This document shows, one piece after another, positions 28,278 through 36,629 of a stretch of DNA of 64,000 nt. The notes below the pieces were generated by a model. It saw only the letters and a list, made by a program, of their open reading frames with translations. It did no database searches and had not been told where the DNA came from. Made by a program: the position numbers and the translations under genes. This DNA is from a bacterium. GTDB lineage: Bacteria; Patescibacteriota; Minisyncoccia; UBA6257; GWB1-50-10. How positions within the stretch are numbered: position 1 is the first letter of the stretch; each line of letters starts with the position of its first letter. The stretch spans positions 77,623 to 141,622 of the forward strand of contig JAKAIX010000001.1 in assembly GCA_021814165.1 (NCBI GenBank), written 5' to 3'.

Positions 28278-28765
28278 TTACCTGCCTTCGCAATCGTTTT
28301 GGGAACGATAACGATATCGGCTTTGCGGATTCCAAAATTAATGGCGTCTTCCTTCGTCGGCATCCAGATGTCGATGAATCCAACCTTGCGCTTATGCATC
28401 CTGTCGAGCACCGTGAATACCTTATCGCCGAAAACATCGGGAATCATCACAAGCGTCCCGAAGGGAAGGAAGTTCGCGGCAATAACGCCGTCCCGAACCT
28501 TATAGCCGGATGCGGTAATAAGAGGAGTATCGTCGGTTTCCTCGGGAACGCTCGAATAAGCAGTGACCCAAACGCGGTACGTTTCCGACTTACTGGGGGT
28601 TGCCTCCGTTTTTGCTCCTTCCGACTGGATATTCTCCGCCGCTATCACGTTGGTTACCGGGAGGATTCCCCCCGTCGCAAGGCGCTCAAAAGAACCCGAT
28701 ACCCCCGCAAAAGAGGAGGAGAGCAGCAAAACGCCGAAAAGAATTGGTGTTATATATCGTTTCAT
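28274..28765 (-). CDS. 3D-domain protein (peptidoglycan lytic transglycosylase-like), exported
   Basis: Signal peptide; VTAYSS..ETD.TP.ITASG, AANFLPFGT, DRM, IDIW. Confidence 0.85.
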   Translation of the reverse strand: MKRYITPILFGVLLLSSSFAGVSGSFERLATGGILPVTNVIAAENIQSEGAKTEATPSKSETYRVWVTAYSSVPEETDDTPLITASGYKVRDGVIAANFLPFGTLVMIPDVFGDKVFTVLDRMHKRKVGFIDIWMPTKEDAINFGIRKADIVIVPKTIAKAGN

Positions 28766-28883
28766 AAAAAAACTCCCCTTCTGGGGAATTCTATACGTTA
28801 CGCCTTTATGCTACACTAACCGGGATATTAGTCAAGTTTTTGGCATAGGAAAAGTGCCGTTTACCCGCATAAATACTACAAAA

Positions 28884-29615
28884 ATGCACATTATCTACGA
28901 GACAGACGACTTCCTTGCCATCAACAAGCCCGCAGGAGTCCTGGTACATCCGGGAAGGCCGGGGGAGACCGAAGAAGGCACGGTAGTAGGATGGCTAAGG
29001 GTTGAATATCCGGAAATAAAAGGCGTTGGGGACGAACCGAAATTCAGGCCAGGGATTGTTCACCGGCTCGATAAGGACACCTCCGGCATCCTCCTTATCG
29101 CCAAAAACCAGAGCTCCTTCGAATATTTGAAACATCTCTTCCAGACGAAAAACATAGAAAAAACCTATCTTGCGTTAGTCCACGGGAAAGTAATAGGGAG
29201 GGGAAAAATCGATAAGCCGATAGGGGTTAAATCGGGATCCGTAAAAAGAAGCGTAAGCGCAAAGAACATGAAAATGATAAAGGAGGCGATTACCGAATAC
29301 CGGGCGGTAAAACTTTTCCAAAAGGGACTTTATTCTCTCCTCAGGGTGAGTCCGAAAACCGGAAAAACACACCAGATCAGGGTACATCTTGCCTCTATCG
29401 GCCATCCGATCGTAGGGGATTCGCTTTATGGCAGAAAGAAAGAGAATGCCCTCGGTCTCAACCGCCAATTCCTCCATGCCGAATCGATCGAATTTACCAC
29501 TCCTGACGGGAGCCGGGTGCATCTTGAAGCGGAGCTCCCGCCGGATCTTGAGGAAGCGCTCCAGAAGGCGGGACGAAAGGAAGAGGACGAAACAGTTGTA
29601 GAATATGGAGACTGA
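28884..29615 (+). CDS. RluA-family pseudouridine synthase
   Basis: INKPAG, VHRLDKDTSG, TGKTHQIRVHL, GHPIVGD.LYG. Confidence 0.93.
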   Translation: MHIIYETDDFLAINKPAGVLVHPGRPGETEEGTVVGWLRVEYPEIKGVGDEPKFRPGIVHRLDKDTSGILLIAKNQSSFEYLKHLFQTKNIEKTYLALVHGKVIGRGKIDKPIGVKSGSVKRSVSAKNMKMIKEAITEYRAVKLFQKGLYSLLRVSPKTGKTHQIRVHLASIGHPIVGDSLYGRKKENALGLNRQFLHAESIEFTTPDGSRVHLEAELPPDLEEALQKAGRKEEDETVVEYGD

Positions 29616-29621
29616 GCCCGG

Positions 29622-29660
29622 AAGGAAGCCCGGCCTCTTTCAAGGAAACCGGGCTTCCGC
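29622..29660. repeat. REP-like doublet (degenerate)
   Basis: GGAAGCCCGGCCTCT...GGAAACCGGGCTTCCG. Confidence 0.65.
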
Positions 29661-29702
29661 ATATTTGACCGTGCACGTAGGTCCTGTTACACTATTTCTC
29701 GT

Positions 29703-30023
29703 ATGATCGAACAGAAATTACTCGAAAAGATAAAGCCCGGCGCTAAAGTACGGGTTACCGAAAAAATCAAAGAAGGGGACAAAGAACGCTTGAGTAACTT
29801 CGAGGGGCTTGTTATTGCCCGGAAGCATGGGAAAGAGGCAGGAGCCACTTTCACCGTCCGTGCGGTGCTTCACGAAGTGAGCGTGGAAAAAGTATATCCG
29901 ATCAACACTCCTACTATCACGAAAGTGCAGGTACTTTCCTCTCCGAAGAAAGTACATCGCTCGAAGCTTTATTTCGTACGAAACCTCTCCAGCAAGAAAC
30001 TTAGAGAGAAGCTGAAGCAATAA
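29703..30023 (+). CDS. rplS: 50S ribosomal protein L19
   Basis: KIKEGDKER...FEGLVI...FTVR...VEKVYP...SKLYFVR. Confidence 0.96.
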   Translation: MIEQKLLEKIKPGAKVRVTEKIKEGDKERLSNFEGLVIARKHGKEAGATFTVRAVLHEVSVEKVYPINTPTITKVQVLSSPKKVHRSKLYFVRNLSSKKLREKLKQ

Positions 30024-30037
30024 ATAAGGAATGTCTA

Positions 30038-30070
30038 GAGGCCGGGCCTCCGCAAGGAAGCTCGGCCTTT
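30038..30070. repeat. REP-like doublet, possibly acting as the rplS terminator
   Basis: GAGGCCGGGCCTCCGCAAGGAAGCTCGGCCTTT followed by Ts. Confidence 0.75.
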
Positions 30071-30133
30071 TTATGTATCTTTAAGTATTTAATTGGTATG
30101 CGCTATCACCTTGAGACATGATACAATCAAAAG

Positions 30134-30361
30134 ATGGGGAAGCGGGGAGCAAAACCACAGGGAAAGGTGAAAATAAAATGGTCGCCAAACTTTGCGTATG
30201 CCGTAGGACTCATAACTACAGATTATTCTCTAAAATATGCGAAGGCCAACTCATTGAAATTACTACCGAAACTGTATTATGATAAGCGTGTTATCTGCCT
30301 ATCGAGAAAACGAAGGGAGATAGAGAAGGCGCTGCAGGTAGAGGGGGTAACATTAAAATAA
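30134..30361 (+). pseudogene. Internally deleted LAGLIDADG endonuclease-like remnant
   Basis: WSPNFAYAVGLITTD (LAGLIDADG-like helix) joined directly to a C-terminal-like YSLKYAK.NSLKLL..LYY...LSRK segment. 75 aa, ending 1 nt before tRNA-Leu. Confidence 0.65.
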
Positions 30362-30362
30362 C

Positions 30363-30443
30363 GCGCGGGTGGTGAAATGGCATACACGCAGCCTTGAGGT
30401 GGCTGTGCCGAAAGGCGTGGAGGTTCGAGTCCTCTCCCGCGCA
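30363..30443 (+). tRNA. tRNA-Leu(GAG)
   Basis: Acceptor GCGCGGG/CCCGCGC, anticodon arm CAGCC TT GAG GT GGCTG, variable arm GCC-GAAA-GGC, T-loop GGTTCGAGTCC. Confidence 0.97.
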
Positions 30444-30449
30444 CTAATG

Positions 30450-30486
30450 AAAATGCGGATGCCGATTTATCGGTATCTGCATTTTT
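30450..30486 (+). terminator. Terminator hairpin after tRNA-Leu (near-copy at 33567-33601)
   Basis: AAAATGCGGATGCCGA-TTTA-TCGGTATCTGCATTTTT. Confidence 0.75.
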
Positions 30487-30500
30487 ATTTAATACGTGAT

Positions 30501-30627
30501 GGGAGAGGACTCGAACAGGAGAGGGGTAGGGAGAACACGCTGGTCTCCCTTGGCGGAAATATTAAAACCGAGGGGTTTTAAAACAGCATCTTACAGAGAT
30601 GCTGTTGTTCGATTCCTCTCCCGCGCA
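30501..30627 (+). repeat. Four-way-junction element closed by inverted and direct copies of the tRNA-Leu 3' end
   Basis: GGGAGAGGACTCGAAC (reverse complement of the T-arm) ... GTTCGATTCCTCTCCCGCGCA, with three internal hairpins. Confidence 0.8.
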
Positions 30628-30628
30628 C

Positions 30629-30932
30629 AATCCTTCGCTAAAGCTACGGAATTGCATGCATTATAATAAGAGTATGTATTATGCATACATCTTGTTAAGT
30701 TCAAAATCTCATATCTTTTATTACGGATCCACAAGGAATCTCAAGACGCGATTTCAGCTTCATAACTCTGGGAAGGTTCCTTCCACAAAACCACATCTAC
30801 CATGGAAACTGGTTTGGTATGGCGGATTTGAGACAGAAAAAGAAGCTAGAGATTTCGAACTTTACCTAAAGACGGGGTCTGGAAAATCATTCGCATACAA
30901 ACATCTTGTCTCCGTAGCTTTGGCGGAGGATT
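30629..30932 (+). repeat. 22-bp imperfect inverted repeat enclosing the GIY-YIG core
   Basis: AATCCTTCGCTAAAGCTACGGA (30629-30650) and TCCGTAGCTTTGGCGGAGGATT (30911-30932). Both mismatches are G-T on the plus strand. Confidence 0.8.
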
Positions 30933-30991
30933 TTACAAAAGGAAGAATGGGTAGTCTGAAGTCATCCGCAGTCCGAAGGACGAAGGACTGA
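30674..30991 (+). CDS. Small GIY-YIG nuclease family protein
   Basis: MYYAYILLS...FYYGSTRNL..RFQLHNSG...TK...PWKLVWY..F..EKEA..FE.YLKTGSG. Start ATG 30674. Confidence 0.92.
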   Translation: MYYAYILLSSKSHIFYYGSTRNLKTRFQLHNSGKVPSTKPHLPWKLVWYGGFETEKEARDFELYLKTGSGKSFAYKHLVSVALAEDFTKGRMGSLKSSAVRRTKD

Positions 30992-31000
30992 CGTAGGATA

Positions 31001-31013
31001 CCTCTCCCGCGCA
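31001..31013 (+). repeat. Further copy of the tRNA-Leu 3' end
   Basis: CCTCTCCCGCGCA, identical to 30431-30443. Confidence 0.8.
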
Positions 31014-31119
31014 GGTTCTATAATTATAATTAGAACGCCCTCTGATGTATTAACAAATGCTCCTTTCTGGGAGTATTTTTGTTTCTCTAACAGAGAACGC
31101 TTTATGATACAATAATCCC

Positions 31120-32907
31120 ATGAAGAGCGAAGAGAAACAATGCCAGAATTGTAAGCAAAAATTTGCTATCGAACCCGAGGACTTCGATTTCTATGAAAAA
31201 ATAAATGTTCCTCCGCCTACGTTTTGCCCGGACTGTCGGCTCCAGCGACGCTTGGTTTTTAGAAATGAACTCTCGCTTTATAAGCGAAAATGCGATCTTT
31301 GTCAGAAAGAAATTATCTCTATGTTCCGTCCCGATGCACCGTTTACGGTGTATTGTCCTCCATGTTGGTATTCGGATAAATGGGATCCTTTGAGCTATGG
31401 AGTAGATTACGACCCTTCAAGGCCTTTTCTACAACAATTTTATGAACTCATGGGCCGCGTGCCATTGAACGCGCTCAACAATTTCTATGACACGCTCGTG
31501 AACAGCGACTATACGAATTTCGTCTCATATCTCAAGAACTGTTATCTGCTTTTCAACTCTGACTATAACGAAAACTGTTTCTACGGCGTAGAAATAGAAA
31601 GCAGCAAGGATTGCTATAACAATCTCGCGATCAACAGTTGCGAACTTTCGGCTAATGACGTTAATTGTCAAAAATGTCAGAGGACCTTTTACTCCATCGA
31701 TTGCGAGGCGAGTCATAATGTCTGGTTTTCCAAAAACCTCTCCGGTTGTTCAAACTGCTTCGGGTGCGTGAACTTACGCAACAAGCAATACTGCATGTTT
31801 AACGAACAACTTACGAAAGAAGAGTATGAACAGAGATTAAGCGAGTTTAAAACCAGTTCTCATGCTGAAGTGGAAAAACTTATCCAACAGGCACGAAAAC
31901 TATGGTCTCAAAACCCGGTTAAATTTATACATGGTCGTTTTAATACTAACGTGAGCGGCGATTACATCTACCATTCGAAAGACGTCCGTGATACTTATAT
32001 CGCTACCGAGGCACAAAACTGCCGTTATTGTTTATGGCTCCTCGTTAAACCCATGAAGGACTGCTGGGATACGACGGAATACGGAGATGGCATGGAACGT
32101 GTTTATGATTCAGTCACTATCGGCAACGGCGCAACCGATGTCCGCTTTTCTTTTCTCTGCGCTCGAAATGTTTTGGATGTAGACTACAGTTTTCTTTGTT
32201 ACGGAGGAAGTCATATGTTCGGAAGCGTAAGCCTTCGAAAGAAAGAATATTGCATACTTAACAAGGAATACTCTCCCGAGGACTATGCTAAATTAAAAGC
32301 ACAAATCATAAATGACACGAAAGAACGACCTTATACGGACAAGAAGGGGAGACAATATACTTACGGCGAGATGTTTCCGATAGAACTTTCTCCTTTCGCA
32401 TACAACGAAACATCTGCGCAACAGTTCTTTCCGTTAAACGAACAAGAAACTAAGGAGCAAGGTTATATATGGCTCGCGCCGTCGACAAAGGACTATAAAA
32501 TCGACATCAAGGCCCCAGAATTGCCCGGCACCACAGAAGAAACACCGGACGACATCACCCAAAAAACTATCGGCTGTCTGCATGAAGGAAAGTGCCAAGA
32601 ACAATGTACGACTGCCTTTAGGATCCTTCCTCAAGAATTGAGGTTCTATAAGCAGTTTAAGTTACCTATGCCGAGACTTTGCCCGAACTGCCGCCATTAT
32701 GAACGACTTGCACAAAGAAACTCTCTCAAACTCCAGCATCGCGTTTGTCAGTGTTCAGGAAAGACATCAGAAAATGGAACCTACAACAACACCGCCACTC
32801 ATTTTCACGGGTCCGAAAAGTGTCCTAACGAATTCGAGACAACATACAGCCTTAATTCTCCCGAGATTGTATACTGCGAGGAATGTTACCAACAAGAGGT
32901 TGTCTAA
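31120..32907 (+). CDS. Cys-rich (CxxC) ~600-aa protein of unknown function, paralog 2
   Basis: Collinear with 18038-19837: CQNC, PTFCPDCR, WDPLSYG, GEMFP.ELSPFAYNE, PRLCPNCRH, VYCEECY. Confidence 0.9.
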   Translation: MKSEEKQCQNCKQKFAIEPEDFDFYEKINVPPPTFCPDCRLQRRLVFRNELSLYKRKCDLCQKEIISMFRPDAPFTVYCPPCWYSDKWDPLSYGVDYDPSRPFLQQFYELMGRVPLNALNNFYDTLVNSDYTNFVSYLKNCYLLFNSDYNENCFYGVEIESSKDCYNNLAINSCELSANDVNCQKCQRTFYSIDCEASHNVWFSKNLSGCSNCFGCVNLRNKQYCMFNEQLTKEEYEQRLSEFKTSSHAEVEKLIQQARKLWSQNPVKFIHGRFNTNVSGDYIYHSKDVRDTYIATEAQNCRYCLWLLVKPMKDCWDTTEYGDGMERVYDSVTIGNGATDVRFSFLCARNVLDVDYSFLCYGGSHMFGSVSLRKKEYCILNKEYSPEDYAKLKAQIINDTKERPYTDKKGRQYTYGEMFPIELSPFAYNETSAQQFFPLNEQETKEQGYIWLAPSTKDYKIDIKAPELPGTTEETPDDITQKTIGCLHEGKCQEQCTTAFRILPQELRFYKQFKLPMPRLCPNCRHYERLAQRNSLKLQHRVCQCSGKTSENGTYNNTATHFHGSEKCPNEFETTYSLNSPEIVYCEECYQQEVV

Positions 32908-33034
32908 TATTTATTACTTTTGGTTTATCCCTGAAATCATTCGAATTTTCTTTACCGCAATACATTTAGACAGATACCGGCAGTATTTTGTCGGTTTTTA
33001 ATATAATCAGAAGGTTGTGTGATATACTCAAACC

Positions 33035-33529
33035 ATGCAGTTACTAAAAACGATAGGAGAAAAAGATAATTCAAGAACGTATCAGACAAGAAAAGCCGCG
33101 AGAGCGATTGTCTCGGATAATGAGGGAAAAATAGCGCTGCTTCATGTTTCAAAACATCATTACTACAAACTCCCCGGCGGGGGGATTGAGGACGGAGAGA
33201 ACAAAGAAGATGGCCTCCGAAGAGAATGTCTCGAAGAAATCGGATGTGAGATTGAGATAACAGGAGAAGTAGGAATCATCCAGGAGTATCGCCATTTTCC
33301 CGATGGTTTTAACGAAGATCAGGAATCGTTTTGTTACACCGCAAACGTGAGAGGGGAAAAAGGATCTTCTCACCTCGAACAAGGAGAGATTGACGATGGA
33401 TTCAAATCCTTGTGGGTGACAAAAGAGAAAGCGGTGGAATTATTCAAGGAAAGTAATCCCGATACTTATGACGGAAAGTTCATTGTTGCAAGAGATCTCA
33501 GATTCGTAGAAGAGGACTTAAGGAACTAA
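33035..33529 (+). CDS. NUDIX hydrolase
   Basis: LPGGGIEDGENKEDGLRRECLEEIG. Confidence 0.92.
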   Translation: MQLLKTIGEKDNSRTYQTRKAARAIVSDNEGKIALLHVSKHHYYKLPGGGIEDGENKEDGLRRECLEEIGCEIEITGEVGIIQEYRHFPDGFNEDQESFCYTANVRGEKGSSHLEQGEIDDGFKSLWVTKEKAVELFKESNPDTYDGKFIVARDLRFVEEDLRN

Positions 33530-33536
33530 AGTAGGT

Positions 33537-33601
33537 TCTCGCATCGTCCCGGACGGTGCATCGGAAAAAATACGGATGCCGATTTATCGGCATCCGCATT
33601 T
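33537..33601. repeat. 35-bp repeat (second copy 34584-34619) plus a copy of the tRNA-Leu terminator
   Basis: TCTCGCATCGTCCCGGACGGTGCATCGGAAAAAAT followed by ACGGATGCCGATTTATCGGCATCCGCATTT. Confidence 0.75.
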
Positions 33602-33649
33602 GTATCCAGGGCTATTAAAGCTCATTAAGTGGTATGATAAACTCTAACC

Positions 33650-34555
33650 ATGAGCAGAGTTATCATTGCTGGTAGTATAAATATGGATATTGTCGCCCTT
33701 ACAGGGCATCACCCTAAAGTCGGCGAGACCGTCTTTGGTACAAACCTCAAATATTTCCCCGGCGGCAAGGGCGCAAATCAAGCCGTTGCTTCGGCAAAAC
33801 TTGGAGCAAAAACGCTCATATGCGGGAAGGTGGGAAACGATACTTTCGGCAAAGAACTGGCTGCTTTCTTGAAACAAAAAAATGTTGAAACTCAAATTTC
33901 AACAGAAAAAAACGTACCGACCGGAACGGCAATTATCACCGTAGCTGAGGAAACGTCTGACAATACCATAGTAGTTGTTCCCGGTGCGAATTTCTTCCTC
34001 ACGGGAAAAGATATCGAGAATATGAATCTCGAAAAAGGGGATATCCTTATCTCTCAATTTGAAATCCCCGTAGAAACGATTATTTCCTTCTTCAAAAAAG
34101 GAAGAGAGACGGGCACGGTCAATATTTTTAATCCAGCCCCCGCACAAACCATTCCGGGGAATCTTTTGAGTGTTATTGATATCCTCATTCTCAACGAAAC
34201 AGAACTTAGTGCTGTTTCGGGAATGCCGGTAGATATTTCTCAAGAGCAATCGATCTCCGATGCCGCAGAGAAGATACGAAATGGAAATCTGACAGTTGTC
34301 GTAACGCTCGGAGAAAAGGGGGTCATAGCCCTAACCGATAAAGACGTGATCAAAATTCCAGGAAGAAAGGTCAATGCGGTCGATACAACAGGCGCAGGGG
34401 ATTGTTTTGTGGGAGCTTTTGCTGCGGGTATAGCGGGAGGTAAATCTTTCGCCGAGAGTCTCGTATTCGGTAATATCGCCGCATCTCTTTCCGTCACAAA
34501 AGAAGGTGCGGGATCATCGATGCCGAACCTGGATGAAGTGGCCGCTTTGATTTAA
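33650..34555 (+). CDS. rbsK: Ribokinase
   Basis: GSINMD, PGGKGANQAVA, NPAPA, NETE, VDTTGAGDCF. Confidence 0.92.
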   Translation: MSRVIIAGSINMDIVALTGHHPKVGETVFGTNLKYFPGGKGANQAVASAKLGAKTLICGKVGNDTFGKELAAFLKQKNVETQISTEKNVPTGTAIITVAEETSDNTIVVVPGANFFLTGKDIENMNLEKGDILISQFEIPVETIISFFKKGRETGTVNIFNPAPAQTIPGNLLSVIDILILNETELSAVSGMPVDISQEQSISDAAEKIRNGNLTVVVTLGEKGVIALTDKDVIKIPGRKVNAVDTTGAGDCFVGAFAAGIAGGKSFAESLVFGNIAASLSVTKEGAGSSMPNLDEVAALI

Positions 34556-34583
34556 CGGGACTCCTATATTAGTTAAATTAAAC

Positions 34584-34619
34584 TCTCGTATCGTCCCGAA
34601 CGGTGTATCGAAAAAAAAT
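34584..34619. repeat. 35-bp repeat, second copy
   Basis: TCTCGTATCGTCCCGAACGGTGTATCGAAAAAAAAT. Confidence 0.75.
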
Positions 34620-35151
34620 GAGTGTAAAAAATCTTGGAAAAATAGTTCTTGTAATCCTACTTATTGCCCTGATTGGCGCATTGGGATATGCGGTAATAAC
34701 AAAATATTTCACCCCCGCTCAAGATATCCAAAAGACAACAACCAAAACGGACATCCAACTCGCCCGTGAATCTCTTATCACCTACTTCAACCTTCTCAAC
34801 GAAAAACGATATGCTGAAGCGATCAAGTATCGCGGCAACGGTTATGAAGGCCTCCAAAATTGGAATCCGGCGATGGACGCCAACGATCACGTCTCCTTGG
34901 TTATGACCGGTTGTGAAATGAACGGATGGCGATGCCTCAAGATAAAAGACGTAATAACCCAGAAACAAACCTCTCCTGCGGATTTTGAATTCGTGGTGCA
35001 GTTTGCAAATGATAACGGGACGCTCTTCAAGCGAGGACCCTGTTGCGGAGCAACCGAGGAAGAAATGCCGACGGAGACCGATTTCAAATATTCCGTCAAA
35101 AAAGAAGGCGGCAATTTCCAAGTCATGACCGATCCCGTATATACTCCCTGA
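34618..35151 (+). CDS. Membrane-anchored exported hypothetical protein
   Basis: N-terminal TM; C...C and GPCCG motifs. Confidence 0.75.
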   Translation: MSVKNLGKIVLVILLIALIGALGYAVITKYFTPAQDIQKTTTKTDIQLARESLITYFNLLNEKRYAEAIKYRGNGYEGLQNWNPAMDANDHVSLVMTGCEMNGWRCLKIKDVITQKQTSPADFEFVVQFANDNGTLFKRGPCCGATEEEMPTETDFKYSVKKEGGNFQVMTDPVYTP

Positions 35152-35198
35152 TTTATAAAAATTTATCGGCGATAATGCTTTCGTGTTAAAATACTCTC

Positions 35199-36254
35199 AT
35201 GAAATTCAAACCTGACTCTCCGCAAGAACAGGAGAAGATGCTTGATCTTAGAACAACCCCGATCCCCGAAATGGGAGAAGAAACCCGTGAAAAGTTCGAG
35301 AAAAAAGAGTGGCGGGATATACCGATTACCGAACCGACGACGCACGAACCGAAGTTACTTGAAGTGATCCCGAATCGCTTTAATTCGGGAAAAGCGATGG
35401 CGTGGCCCGCATACTACAAAACCGTAGCGGAGGAAAACGAGAACGACAGAAAACCGAAAGGGTTCGGAGAGCTAGCCCAAGCGATCGAAGGAAAAATCCA
35501 AACTTCTCCTTTCGTGAAGGTAAGAACGGAGATAAAGGAGAAACTAGATCGGGCACAAAACATCCTCGATCAGAATATCGACACTTCTAACTTCCAACTT
35601 GTGGTGGTGGATGGTTACCGCCGCATCGATGTTCAGAGGGAGTTGTTTAACACTTATTATAACTACCTCGACAGGGAACAGCCGGGAACATCGAAAGAAG
35701 AGTTAATAACAATGGCACGTAAGATGGTGTCCGAGGCGCCGAAAGATTCCGAGATTCTTCGAAAATCACCCCCGCCTCATAGCACGGGGGGAGCGGTAGA
35801 TGTTGTTCTGGTCTATAAAAATAAAATCGATACCTCCTCGGATTATTGGCTTCAAGAGGCAATGGTTCCGTTTGGCGCCAAGTTCGATGAAATGATGGAT
35901 CCGACCTACAGAGACAAAAGAAGCGAAACGACCTTTTATGAAAAAGAACTTAGGAAGGGGACACTAAACGAAGAAGAGCGGGAAGCTTTGGAAAATCGAA
36001 GGATTCTTTATAATGTGCTGACCGAGGTAGGGTTTTCCAATTATTTCACGGAATTCTGGCACTACGACTTCGGAAATCAGTTTAATGCTGCCGCAACAGG
36101 CAAACCGTCCGCAAAATTCGGTTTTGCGGGGGGAATCGAGGACAATGGACACATTGCAGAGGATCTTGGCGCAGAGAAAGCCGCCTTTGAAAACTACAAA
36201 GCATCACACGATCCCGAAGAAGCGGAGAGAGTGAAATATCACTTCGGTCTCTAG
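35199..36254 (+). CDS. D-Ala-D-Ala dipeptidase-like (M15D/VanX family)
   Basis: VVDGYR, PHSTGGAVDV, NY.TEFWHY. Confidence 0.85.
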   Translation: MKFKPDSPQEQEKMLDLRTTPIPEMGEETREKFEKKEWRDIPITEPTTHEPKLLEVIPNRFNSGKAMAWPAYYKTVAEENENDRKPKGFGELAQAIEGKIQTSPFVKVRTEIKEKLDRAQNILDQNIDTSNFQLVVVDGYRRIDVQRELFNTYYNYLDREQPGTSKEELITMARKMVSEAPKDSEILRKSPPPHSTGGAVDVVLVYKNKIDTSSDYWLQEAMVPFGAKFDEMMDPTYRDKRSETTFYEKELRKGTLNEEEREALENRRILYNVLTEVGFSNYFTEFWHYDFGNQFNAAATGKPSAKFGFAGGIEDNGHIAEDLGAEKAAFENYKASHDPEEAERVKYHFGL

Positions 36255-36289
36255 GAGAACAATTATTCATCCCTATACCAACACAACTA

Positions 36290-36373
36290 CCTCGCGTCGT
36301 GCTCTCCCGAACGAGGGTAAGACTTGGCCAAGCGGCCCGGAGCGCCCGAGTTGAGGGAGAGCACGACGCGAGG
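36290..36373 (+). repeat. Structured dispersed element, copy 2
   Basis: Same core inside the perfect 19-bp stem CCTCGCGTCGTGCTCTCCC/GGGAGAGCACGACGCGAGG. Confidence 0.92.
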
Positions 36374-36492
36374 CCCCACACCCCTAGTTATGCACATATT
36401 GAATTGTGGCGCAGATGATTCACAATAAGAGTACAGCGTCTCGCCGCAATGGCCTGCGGAACTCCGCTGAAAGGTCATTAACGAACAAAACA

Positions 36493-36525
36493 ATGGCAAA
36501 GAAAAAGAAGGGCAAGAAGAAATAG
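36493..36525 (+). CDS. Candidate 10-aa Lys-rich micropeptide MAKKKKGKKK
   Basis: ATG after an A-rich leader (AACAAAACA), hairpin upstream and terminator downstream. Confidence 0.35.
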   Translation: MAKKKKGKKK

Positions 36526-36549
36526 TTTCTTTTGTGTTCTTTTTCGTAG

Positions 36550-36577
36550 AAATCCCCGCCGGCCTTGCGGGGATTTT
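36550..36577 (+). terminator. Intrinsic terminator
   Basis: AAATCCCCGC-loop-GCGGGGATTTT. Confidence 0.75.
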
Positions 36578-36629
36578 GTATTGATGGTATTTTATTTCTA
36601 ACTTAACAACAAAAGAAGGATGTAAAATA

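Noticed and set aside
29612-29635. SRP (4.5S) RNA because of CCGGAAGGAAGC
   Set aside because: It lacks the surrounding CAGG/AGCAG helix and long stem; the sequence is explained by the REP doublet.
18038-32907. Diversity-generating retroelement TR/VR pair between the CxxC paralogs
   Set aside because: Differences are spread across all bases and codon positions rather than being adenine-specific, and there is no reverse transcriptase in the window.
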